Shown here one piece after another: positions 8,710 to 16,225 of a DNA stretch of 25,965 bases. The notes under the pieces were generated by a model. That model was given only the letters and a program-made list of their open reading frames with translations. It was not told the DNA's origin and searched no databases. Position 1 is the stretch's first letter, and each line of letters opens with the position of its first letter. The position numbers were made by a program, and so were the translations under genes. Source of the DNA: Pseudomonadota bacterium (GTDB lineage Bacteria; Pseudomonadota; Gammaproteobacteria; Xanthomonadales; SZUA-38); contig JBCCZC010000021.1 in NCBI GenBank assembly GCA_039188505.1, positions 1 to 25,965 of the forward strand. The letters run 5' to 3'.

Positions 8710-10224
8710 CTAGCCTGATGCCTGGGCCGGCGCTGCTGCCGGCTCGGGAACCAGGCAGTCGTAGTACTCGATGCCGAAATCGATGAATCGACCCGACTCG
8801 CTGTCGCCGATGCCGGCCAGCGCAAACCGCTGTCCGACGGGCGCCGGCAGGTCGTCCGCCTCGCCGGAATCGTGCAGCTGTTCGTACTGTTTCCGATTGA
8901 TGTCGATGCCGCCCGCGAGCGCGTCCGCCATGCCGATTCGCCCCGCTGCCTCGCGCCACTCCGGTCGCACGATGCAGGGGATGGCCTCCGCGGCATCACC
9001 GCTGCCGTATCCCATCAGCAACACCTCCCGACCGACCAGCTCTTCGCCGGTGCCGGCGGCCTCCTCGAAGCCGGCCGCAACCCAGGCCGGCAGAGCCGCC
9101 GTGTAGAGGTTGCCGACGTCACCCATCGACTCTGCGCCCAGTCCGAAGCTTTGCGCCAGCATCGCCTTCGCCTCGGGTGTCCCGCGGAAAGCCTTGAGCG
9201 CACCCATCGCCAGCGGATAGACCTCCTCGTCGATTTGCCGCGATTCGATTATCGGCGTGAAATCGGGGCTTCGCTTCAGCTCTGCGGCGCAGTCCTCGGG
9301 GTCGACGCCGGCCGTTTCGCAGGCGGCCCGGAACAGTTCGCGGTCGGCCCGCGAGCCAACGGAAAGGGCCATGAGATAGGACAGCAGCAAGCCCGACTCC
9401 GGCATGCGCCGGTAGGGACGGTGGAAGAAGGCTGCGCGGAGGTCGCGGAGGTAACCGGCCGCGTGGCGGGTTCGACGGATCAGCATGTCGCGCACCGCGT
9501 GGAGCGTGGCGTCGAGGTAGCAGGTCGTCGAGTACTTTCCGTTGAAGACGGGAAAGTCCCGGATCTGCCCGAGCACGCGCTGCTGCTCGCCCAGCATGCG
9601 CCCGATCGGCTTGCGAAAGTCCACGCGCCGGTCGTCGGATGCGCTGCCCGCCGCCTCCAGCCGCAGCTCGAGCAGCTTCGGGTTCTTCTCGACGAGCATC
9701 GCGACGGCCCCTGCGCCCTGCGTCGGCTCACCGGAGCTGCCGCGGGCGTACTCCGCCACGTCACCGCTCACGACGATCGCGAGGGGATCACCCGGTTCGA
9801 ACGCGAGGAACCTGACCGCGTTCTTGAGCCCGTAGACGCCGCCGAGGCACGCGTGCTTGAACTCGGGCACCTCGCAGTAGCGGGAGATCGGCGGACGGCC
9901 GAGCCTTGCGAGCGCGCGGTTCACGAGCCCCTTCACGACCACCGTGCCGGCGGCGTTGTCGGTGCTCGATTCTGTTCCGAGGGCCAGAAAGCGGATCCGA
10001 CCGGGATCGACGTCGTAGCGTTCGATGAGCTCGACCACCGCGGACGCTGCCATCGTGTAGACGTTCTCGGTCGATCCGCGGACGCGGAAGCTGGTGCCGA
10101 CGACGTTTCGGATCTTGTCCCACGGCTGGTCGTACCAGTCACACCACGCTTCGAGGTCGACCCGGTAAGGCGGCAGATAGACCGCGGCGCCGCTGATGCC
10201 AATGGATTGCTGGATGCTGCTCAT
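8710..10224 (-). CDS. hydroxymethylglutaryl-CoA synthase family protein (thiolase-fold condensing enzyme), about 504 aa long form
   Basis: Start chosen at ATG 10224 (MSSIQQSIGISGAAVYLPPY), preceded by AAGGAGAG 5 nt upstream. HMGS-like blocks: LGTESSTDNAAG, active-site Cys in EFKHACLGGVYGL, VVSGDVAEYARG...TQGAGAVAMLVE. The C-terminal about 150 aa extends beyond the classical HMGS core. Confidence 0.85.
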   Translation of the reverse strand: MSSIQQSIGISGAAVYLPPYRVDLEAWCDWYDQPWDKIRNVVGTSFRVRGSTENVYTMAASAVVELIERYDVDPGRIRFLALGTESSTDNAAGTVVVKGLVNRALARLGRPPISRYCEVPEFKHACLGGVYGLKNAVRFLAFEPGDPLAIVVSGDVAEYARGSSGEPTQGAGAVAMLVEKNPKLLELRLEAAGSASDDRRVDFRKPIGRMLGEQQRVLGQIRDFPVFNGKYSTTCYLDATLHAVRDMLIRRTRHAAGYLRDLRAAFFHRPYRRMPESGLLLSYLMALSVGSRADRELFRAACETAGVDPEDCAAELKRSPDFTPIIESRQIDEEVYPLAMGALKAFRGTPEAKAMLAQSFGLGAESMGDVGNLYTAALPAWVAAGFEEAAGTGEELVGREVLLMGYGSGDAAEAIPCIVRPEWREAAGRIGMADALAGGIDINRKQYEQLHDSGEADDLPAPVGQRFALAGIGDSESGRFIDFGIEYYDCLVPEPAAAPAQASG

Positions 10225-10312
10225 GCCTCTCCTTACCGGCGCCGGTCCGCGCCGAGCTGCTGTCACCGCATCGTAAGGGGGCGTCGCGCGCGCCGCAACG
10301 CCGCCGCCGCCG

Positions 10313-10318
10313 TATACT
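10313..10318 (+). promoter_or_regulatory. candidate -10 hexamer TATACT upstream of the 10343 gene
   Basis: ccgTATACTcaggggctcacGGGAGGAGtcacgATG. The hexamer lies 24 nt upstream of the ATG. No convincing -35. Confidence 0.3.
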
Positions 10319-10342
10319 CAGGGGCTCACGGGAGGAGTCACG

Positions 10343-10594
10343 ATGACGGACAAGACCATCAAGCGAGTCCAGACGGGCATGCGCATCGAACAGCGCCTGC
10401 TCAAGGTGATGAAGGGCCTGGCTGAGTACCTTGATCTGTCGCTCGGTGACCTGACCGAAGGCATCGTGCTGCATGCGCTCGACGGGAAGGACCCGTTCGG
10501 CGAGTCGACTCGGGCAAAGATCGAACAGCTACGGGCCGTCTACGACCTCGACCTGCGAGCCGAGGACAGCCACCGCTTGCACGAGGACCCATGA
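10343..10594 (+). CDS. small ribbon-helix-helix-like (CopG/Arc/MetJ-type) putative DNA-binding protein
   Basis: Strong RBS GGGAGGAG 5 nt before the ATG. 83 aa. N-terminal KRVQTGMRIEQRLLKVMKGLAEYLDLSLGDLTEGIVLHAL fits the beta-strand plus two helices of RHH repressors. Sits directly upstream of the SPFH operon. Family assignment comes from pattern only. Confidence 0.5.
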   Translation: MTDKTIKRVQTGMRIEQRLLKVMKGLAEYLDLSLGDLTEGIVLHALDGKDPFGESTRAKIEQLRAVYDLDLRAEDSHRLHEDP

Positions 10595-10624
10595 CCAGGG
10601 GCAGCCGCCGGACGCGGGCGCCAC

Positions 10625-10640
10625 TGCTATACTTTTTTGT
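10625..10640 (+). promoter_or_regulatory. extended -10 element TGcTATACT followed by a T6 run (promoter for the SPFH operon and/or terminator tail of the RHH gene)
   Basis: cacTGCTATACTTTTTTgtcgg at 10622-10643. TGn-TATACT is a textbook extended -10. A T6 run is rare in this 67% GC sequence, and an imperfect GC-rich palindrome (gcagccgccggacgcgggcgccactgc) lies just 5'. The two roles cannot be separated from sequence alone. Confidence 0.35.
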
Positions 10641-10709
10641 CGGTGCGGAGCACCAGTCCGCCGAACGTCGGAACTGGCCGCCCATCCAATGCGCGGGAGG
10701 AGAACGACA

Positions 10710-11729
10710 TTGATCTGGGATGCAGTCAAGAAGCAGCTTCGTTCGGTCATCGAGTGGGAAAATCCGGATCACTCGGTGCTGTTCGAGCTCTGGTCCGAGC
10801 GCGGCGACGAGATCAAGGATGCCTCGCAGCTCATCGTCAAGCCCGGCCAGGGGGTGGTCTTCCTCTACGAGGGCAAGATCCAGGGGGTGATGACCGACCC
10901 GGGCACCTACGATCTCCAGACGGCCAATGTACCGTTCGTCACGACGCTCGAGAAGTACATGCAGGCCTTCGAGAGCGAGCACAAGGTGGGCATCTATTTC
11001 TTCTGGCAGACCGAGTTTCTGAACCAGAAGTGGGGCACGGTCAGCCCGATCAAGTACCAGGATCCGGTCTATGACTTCCCGGTCGCCCTGCGCGCGTTCG
11101 GCAATTTCAGCTTCCGCCTGAGCGAGCCCGAGCCGTTCTTCGTGAACCTGCTGGGATCCCGGGAACGCTTCCTTGTCGACCAGCTGCGGCAAACCGTGGC
11201 GAACCGTATTCAGCAGCCGCTGACCGACCTCATGGCGGAATCAGGCTTCAGCTACGCCGAGATCGATCGCAACCGCGACGAGCTGGCAGCGGCTCTCGCC
11301 CAGAAGCTAGCGCCGGAGTTCGAGCGCCTGGGCCTCGAGATGACGGATTTCCGCATCGAGTCCACGAGCTTCGACGACGCCACCAACGACCGGATCGCCC
11401 GCATCGCGGACATCACCGCGGAAGCGCGGGCCGCAGAGAAGGCCGGCCTTGACTACGCTCAGTTGCAGCAGCTCGAGGCGCTCCGGGAGGCGGCTCGCAA
11501 CGAGGGCGGCGCGGCCGGCGCCGGCGTCGGCATCGGCGCGGGGATCGGCCTGGGCCAGACCTTTGCCCAGTCCATGGCACCCGGAGCCGCCGGCGGCGGC
11601 GGCCAGGGCGCAGCGCCTGCGGCCGATATCGAGTCGAGGCTCGAGCGGTTGAAGTCGCTCCTCGACAAGGGCCTCATCAGCGACGCCGACTACCAGGCCA
11701 AGAAGGACGCGATCCTCAGCGAGCTATGA
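10710..11729 (+). CDS. SPFH (Band-7-like, PF13421-type) domain protein with C-terminal SHOCT domain
   Basis: TTG start at 10710, preceded by GGGAGGAG with a 9-nt spacer, giving an N-terminus (L/M)IWDAVKKQLRSVIEWENPD typical of this family (MGIFDKIK...). Alternative ATG at 10689. A Gly/Ala-rich linker precedes the C-terminus LERLKSLLDKGLISDADYQAKKDAILSEL, which is a SHOCT motif. Stop overlaps the next ATG (ATGA 11726-11729). Confidence 0.85.
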   Translation: MIWDAVKKQLRSVIEWENPDHSVLFELWSERGDEIKDASQLIVKPGQGVVFLYEGKIQGVMTDPGTYDLQTANVPFVTTLEKYMQAFESEHKVGIYFFWQTEFLNQKWGTVSPIKYQDPVYDFPVALRAFGNFSFRLSEPEPFFVNLLGSRERFLVDQLRQTVANRIQQPLTDLMAESGFSYAEIDRNRDELAAALAQKLAPEFERLGLEMTDFRIESTSFDDATNDRIARIADITAEARAAEKAGLDYAQLQQLEALREAARNEGGAAGAGVGIGAGIGLGQTFAQSMAPGAAGGGGQGAAPAADIESRLERLKSLLDKGLISDADYQAKKDAILSEL

Positions 11730-12331
11730 GCCGAAGCTTCACCTGCCCCTCGTGCGGCGCCCCCCTCGAGGTCGAGCATCGATTCTCGAGGGTGGTGATC
11801 TGTGGCTACTGCAACCAGAGCGCGAACATCACCTCGGGCGGCCTCGATCCCGCGGGCAAGGGCGCGAAGCTCGTCGGCGCGCCCTCCCGGCTCAGCATCG
11901 GCGCTACCGGGCGGATCGACGAAACCGCCTTCCGGACCCTGGGCCGCCTGCGCTACGGCTATGACGGCGGCTTCTGGGATGAGTGGTTTCTCGCGCTAAG
12001 CGACGATCGTCAGCTCTGGCTCCAGGAGGATGACGGCACGTTCACGGCTTTCGAAAAAACACCGATCACCGCCGCCCTCCCCGAGTTCGACGACGTTAGG
12101 GTCGGCCAGACCATCACGGTCAATGGCCGCTCAATCTTCATCGTCGAGCGCACGGAGGCGATGATCCTCGGCGGTGAGGGCGAGCTCTACTTCAACGTGA
12201 CCCCGGGCGCCGATGTCTTCAGCGTCGACGGCTCGGCCGACGGCGAAACCTGGAGCGTCGAGTACCAGCCGGACGAGATCACCCTATCCCGCGGCACGCC
12301 CGTCGCCCACGCGGCGCTCGAGCTCGACTGA
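11726..12331 (+). CDS. zinc-ribbon + DUF4178 domain protein
   Basis: N-terminal CPSCGAPL...CGYCNQ zinc ribbon. Then DUF4178-type beta-rich region (GRLRYGYDGGFWDEWFLALSDDRQLWLQEDDGTF...). Paralogous to the N-terminal half of the next gene. Translationally coupled on both sides. Confidence 0.8.
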   Translation: MSRSFTCPSCGAPLEVEHRFSRVVICGYCNQSANITSGGLDPAGKGAKLVGAPSRLSIGATGRIDETAFRTLGRLRYGYDGGFWDEWFLALSDDRQLWLQEDDGTFTAFEKTPITAALPEFDDVRVGQTITVNGRSIFIVERTEAMILGGEGELYFNVTPGADVFSVDGSADGETWSVEYQPDEITLSRGTPVAHAALELD

Positions 12332-12333
12332 CC

Positions 12334-13821
12334 ATGGAGCTGCGCGACAAGGTCAGCGAGCTGCCGCCGGAAAAAGTCGTTGCCTACGTCAAGCGCCAGC
12401 TTTCGCTCGGCAAGATCCAACCGGTTCTCGGGCTGTTTCCCGAGATCCTCGAGTCTCACGCCGACTACGCGGAAGCACTCGAGCAGATCCACCAGCGAGC
12501 CCTGAAGAAAGAGGCGATGCTGGCCGAGACACAGCCAACGGAGCTCGACGTTTCGCAGACGACCTGCCCCGGCTGTGGCGCGGTCCTGCATCGCGCCCGG
12601 CCCGACGCCCAGGCCATCGCCTGCAGCTACTGCGGGACGCGCTTCATGCCTGCGGACCCGGCAGGAACCGCGGTGAAGACCCTGAACCCCGAGCACTACC
12701 GGCCGCGCTCGTTTCTACGCCTGGGCATGGTCGGGAGAATGGGCGAGCATCCCTGCCAGGTGGTCGGGCGGATGGTCTGGTCCGGGCGTTGCCGGGAGTG
12801 GGATAGCGAAGATCGGTCCTGGGAGTCCAACCCCTGGACCTACGAGGAATGGCTGCTGCTGACGGAGAACCGTCAGTTCTTCTACCTTTGCCACGACGAC
12901 GAAGGGCTCAGTGTCGCCACCGAATTCACGCCGTCGCAGCCGAATTTCCCCGGTCGGCAGGATCGCAAGATGACGCTTGAGGCGGGCCGCCAGAGGACGG
13001 TGGACGAACACGGCGAATACGACCTGCGCTACTTCGAGGGCGAGTTTGGCTGGGTGCCGCAGGTGGGCGAACCGATCGCGACATCGGAGTACTCCTCGGG
13101 CAAGGCGCTCCTGTCGGCGGAGGCACGCCTGCATCCCGAATCCCGGGAGATCGTCGAGCTGGAGTTTTTCCGGACCATTCCCTACACGCCGAAGCGGCTG
13201 TTCCGGGCCTTCGACCGAGACCAGGAGCTGGCGGAACTCGTGCGACGGAAGCACGTGGCGGGCCAGTACCGCCGCTGGCGCTGGGCGAGCTTCGCGACGG
13301 CGACCCTGCTGGGCATCCTCGCCATCGTGCTCGGCGGCGCCGGCGACCCGGTCTACAGCGAGACCTACGACTTCAGTGCCTTCGGCGAAGACGGCATAGT
13401 TGCCGGCCCCTTCGAGCTCAGCAAGGCCGGACGCCCCCACCGGCTGGCCCTGAGCGCCAGCATCGGGGACAACAGCTGGGCCTGGATCGGCGCGGAGCTC
13501 CTCGATACGGAGCGCAACAGCATCAACGCCATGGCCGGCGACTTCTGGCGCGAGTCCGGCTACGACGATGGACACTGGTCGGAATCGGACGTCAGGGAGG
13601 AGCAGCATTTCCGCCTGACCGAGCCGGGACGCTATTTCGTCCGGATGCAGCTCGAGGCGGGCACCGCGGGGACCGGCAGGGTCAGCCTCCAGGTCTATGA
13701 GAACACGATCCTCGGACGCTACTATGTGGTGAGCGCGGTCATCGCACTGGTGCTGGGGCTCCTGCTCCTGCGCGGCGTTCGCACCGACGACCTCCTGCGA
13801 GGCCTGCCGACAACAGCATGA
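12334..13821 (+). CDS. membrane protein with zinc ribbon, DUF4178-like domains and two TM helices
   Basis: Starts 3 nt after the previous stop. Has CPGCGAVL...CSYCGTRF and a DUF4178-like segment (VGRMVWSGRCREWDSEDRSWESNPWTYEEWLLLTENRQFFYL). TM helices WASFATATLLGILAIVLGGAG and YYVVSAVIALVLGLLLL bracket an about 130-aa domain. Stop overlaps the next ATG (ATGA 13818-13821). Confidence 0.8.
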   Translation: MELRDKVSELPPEKVVAYVKRQLSLGKIQPVLGLFPEILESHADYAEALEQIHQRALKKEAMLAETQPTELDVSQTTCPGCGAVLHRARPDAQAIACSYCGTRFMPADPAGTAVKTLNPEHYRPRSFLRLGMVGRMGEHPCQVVGRMVWSGRCREWDSEDRSWESNPWTYEEWLLLTENRQFFYLCHDDEGLSVATEFTPSQPNFPGRQDRKMTLEAGRQRTVDEHGEYDLRYFEGEFGWVPQVGEPIATSEYSSGKALLSAEARLHPESREIVELEFFRTIPYTPKRLFRAFDRDQELAELVRRKHVAGQYRRWRWASFATATLLGILAIVLGGAGDPVYSETYDFSAFGEDGIVAGPFELSKAGRPHRLALSASIGDNSWAWIGAELLDTERNSINAMAGDFWRESGYDDGHWSESDVREEQHFRLTEPGRYFVRMQLEAGTAGTGRVSLQVYENTILGRYYVVSAVIALVLGLLLLRGVRTDDLLRGLPTTA

Positions 13822-14057
13822 AACCCCTGACCCAGATCCTGATTGCCCTCGTCCTCATCGTGCTGATCGCGGTCCCCGTCCTGGGAGCGCGAAGCGGTTG
13901 GGGACTGGGAACCCAGGCGGATCAGAAGATCATTGCCGATTCCGATTCCTTCTGCCCGACCACCATGCGGGCTCCGGATGGCACCTGCCGGCGAACGGTT
14001 CGCAGCTATTACTTCGGGCGCAGCTTCATCGGCGGCGGCCCGCGTACGGGAAAATGA
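13818..14057 (+). CDS. small single-TM membrane protein, 79 aa, uncharacterised
   Basis: ATGA overlap with both the upstream gene (13818) and the downstream gene (14054). N-terminal TM LTQILIALVLIVLIAVPVLG, then CPTTMRAPDGTCRR. No family recognised. Kept mainly because of the coupling and position inside the operon. Confidence 0.5.
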   Translation: MKPLTQILIALVLIVLIAVPVLGARSGWGLGTQADQKIIADSDSFCPTTMRAPDGTCRRTVRSYYFGRSFIGGGPRTGK

Positions 14058-14362
14058 GCAAGCGGGGAGTGAGCATGAGAAACGCAACGTTGTCCGGCCT
14101 GGCGCTGATGGCCTCTAGCACCGCGGTCCAGGCCGCGGGGGATTTGACGGCCGACGCACTCCTTGCGGGCATCGTGTCGACCGTGATCTACAGCCTGCTC
14201 GGCATCGGTATGGCTATGCTCGGCTTCAAGATGATCGACTGGATGACGCCGGGCAACCTCCGTGAGCAGATCGCCGAGCACGAGAACCGCGCACTCGGGA
14301 CAGTCGTCGGCGCGACGATCCTCGGCATCTGCATCATCATCGCCGCCGTCCTCGTCTCCTGA
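14054..14362 (+). CDS. DUF350 family membrane protein
   Basis: ATG 14054 is coupled to the upstream stop. Alternative ATG 14075 has a better SD (GGGGAG) and gives signal-like MRNATLSGLALMASSTAVQAAG. Two-TM DUF350 pattern: LLAGIVSTVIYSLLGIGMAMLGFKMIDWMTPGNL...NRALGTVVGATILGICIIIAAVLVS. Confidence 0.75.
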   Translation: MSKRGVSMRNATLSGLALMASSTAVQAAGDLTADALLAGIVSTVIYSLLGIGMAMLGFKMIDWMTPGNLREQIAEHENRALGTVVGATILGICIIIAAVLVS

Positions 14363-14505
14363 GCCAGCCCGAACCGCCCTCCGCGGGCCCGCTGAGCGCC
14401 GCTGACAGCGGCCTCCTGGTCGGGAGCCTGCTGATCGTCTCCGCCTGCACGCTCGTCTACGAGCTGCTGATCAGTGCGCTGTCGTCGTATTTTCTCGGCT
14501 CGAGC

Positions 14506-15888
14506 GTGCTCCATTTCTCCATCACGATCGGGCTGTTCCTGTTCTTCATGGGCGTGGGATCCTTCCTGTCGCGCTTCTTCCATTACGACCTGCTCGACCG
14601 CTACGTCCTGATCGAAATCCTCATCGGCCTCATCGGTGGTCTGAGTGGTGTGCTGCTCTACGCGGCCTACGCGACGACCGAGCACTACTACCTGGTCGCT
14701 CTGCTCCTGATCGCCGGAATCAGTGTTCTCGCGGGCCTCGAGATTCCGCTCGTGACGCGCCTGCTGCAGGACGCCCGGGGCCTACGCCGATCGCTTTCGG
14801 ACGTCTTGGCCTTCGACTACCTCGGCGCGCTTTTCGCGGCGCTGCTGTTCCCCCTCGTACTCGTCCCCTACGTCGGCCTGCAGCGGACGGCCTTCGCCGT
14901 CGGCCTCGTGAATCTCGGCGTCGCGGGCGTCCTGCTTGCGAGGCTGTCGCCACGCCTGGGGCAGGCCGCGCCGCTGCGGCTGCTCGCCGTCGGCGTGGGT
15001 GTGATCCTCGCGCTGGGCCTGGTCTACACGAGCTCGCTCACCCGTTGGTTCGAGCAATACCTGTACCAGGACGAGATCGTCCACGTCGCCCAGACGCCCT
15101 ATCAGCGCATCGTTCTGACGCAGCGAAAGAACGACCTGCGCCTGTTCCTCAACGGCAGCCTCCAGTTCTCGAGCATCGACGAGTACCGCTACCACGAACC
15201 GCTGGTTCATCTCGCCGCCGGCGCCGCCCGGCGCCTCGATGAGGTGCTGGTGCTGGGCGGTGGCGACGGCCTGGCCGTCCGTGAGCTGCTGCGCTACCCC
15301 GAGGTGGGCCGCATCACGGTCGTGGATATCGACCCGGCCGTGACCGAGCTGGCGTCGACCCACGCCATGCTGCGCTCCCTCAACGCCGGCGCGCTGCAGG
15401 ACCCGCGGGTCTCCATCGTTCACCAGGACGCCTTCGAGTATCTCGAGGGTGCGTCGACGCGCTACAACCTCGTCGTTGCCGATCTGCCGGATCCATCAAC
15501 GCTGGATCTCGGCAAGCTCTACACGGTCACCTTCTACCGCCTCCTGCAAGCCCGCCTCGCGGCCGACGGCGTCTTCGTGACCCAGGCCTCGTCTCCGTTC
15601 TTCGCCCGCAAAGCCTATTGGTGCATCGGCGCGACGCTCGGCGAGGTCTTCGACGAGGTCGTTCCGGTCCAGAGCTACGTCCCCGCCTTCGGCCTCTGGG
15701 GATTCCACATCGCCAGCCAGGCCTCACTGGCTTTCGAAGCCCGCCCGCTCCCGTCGGACCTCCGCTTCGCCGAGGCTGGCTATGCAGGTCGCGCCCGCCA
15801 CCTGCCTCCCGACGTCGGCCCGCTGGATGTCGACGTCAACCGGCTCGAGAACCAGGTCCTGGTGCAGTACTACAGCACGGCAAACTGA
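14506..15888 (+). CDS. speE: polytopic-membrane polyamine aminopropyltransferase (spermidine/spermine synthase family) with N-terminal multi-TM domain
   Basis: C-terminal SpeE fold (VLVLGGGDGLAVRELLRYP, ITVVDIDPAV, ADLPDPS). N-terminal TM domain homologous to membrane-anchored SpeE (IEILIGLIGGLSGVLLYAAYA; LEIPLVTRLLQ). The conserved N-terminal helix (SACTLVYELLISALSSYF) is encoded upstream of the first GTG/ATG at 14506. The frame is open back to a TGA at 14263, with no ATG/GTG/TTG in between. The true start is therefore upstream and non-canonical; see findings. Confidence 0.9.
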   Translation: MLHFSITIGLFLFFMGVGSFLSRFFHYDLLDRYVLIEILIGLIGGLSGVLLYAAYATTEHYYLVALLLIAGISVLAGLEIPLVTRLLQDARGLRRSLSDVLAFDYLGALFAALLFPLVLVPYVGLQRTAFAVGLVNLGVAGVLLARLSPRLGQAAPLRLLAVGVGVILALGLVYTSSLTRWFEQYLYQDEIVHVAQTPYQRIVLTQRKNDLRLFLNGSLQFSSIDEYRYHEPLVHLAAGAARRLDEVLVLGGGDGLAVRELLRYPEVGRITVVDIDPAVTELASTHAMLRSLNAGALQDPRVSIVHQDAFEYLEGASTRYNLVVADLPDPSTLDLGKLYTVTFYRLLQARLAADGVFVTQASSPFFARKAYWCIGATLGEVFDEVVPVQSYVPAFGLWGFHIASQASLAFEARPLPSDLRFAEAGYAGRARHLPPDVGPLDVDVNRLENQVLVQYYSTAN

Positions 15889-15999
15889 ACGTGTTGTCAT
15901 CCGGTGCCGACAGGCCACCCTGGCAAGACCCCGCGCTGCTTCTACGTTTGCGCAACGAGAGCCAGCGAGACCACCAGCTCGCCGAAAGGCACTCCGCTG

Positions 16000-16113
16000 C
16001 TACGCCTCTGAAAACAAAGCTAGCGAATCTGAGCGGCTTTGAGTGGCGCGAGCCAGTCAAAGAAGCGATACGAGCCTTCCCTCTGGTCCTCGCCCCGCCC
16101 GCAGCGCGGAGCA
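16000..16113 (+). repeat. copy A of an about 110-nt repeated structured element (hairpin with GNRA-type loop)
   Basis: ctacgcCtctgaaaacaaagctagcgaAtctgagcgg [ctttgagtggc-gcga-gccagtcaaag] aagaagcgatacgagccttccc...cgcc [second GC hairpin] ggagca. About 85% identical to copy B outside the hairpin. Inside the hairpin the sequence differs but the pairing is preserved. Confidence 0.6.
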
Positions 16114-16167
16114 ACACTACCCGTCCCTTTTGAATCGTAAACCCTTGTTGTTCTTTGATTCGGATCG

Positions 16168-16195
16168 TTGCACCCCCTGAACCCGCTGCTATAAC
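16168..16195 (+). promoter_or_regulatory. near-consensus sigma70 promoter (TTGCAC-N16-TGcTATAAC) for the 16226 ORF
   Basis: TTGCAC at 16168-16173, 16-nt spacer ending in TGc, TATAAC at 16190-16195. Sits in an AT-richer stretch. SD GGGGGAG lies 7 nt before ATG 16226. Confidence 0.5.
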
Positions 16196-16225
16196 TGAAC
16201 ACAAGGAACACTCGGGGGAGTTACC

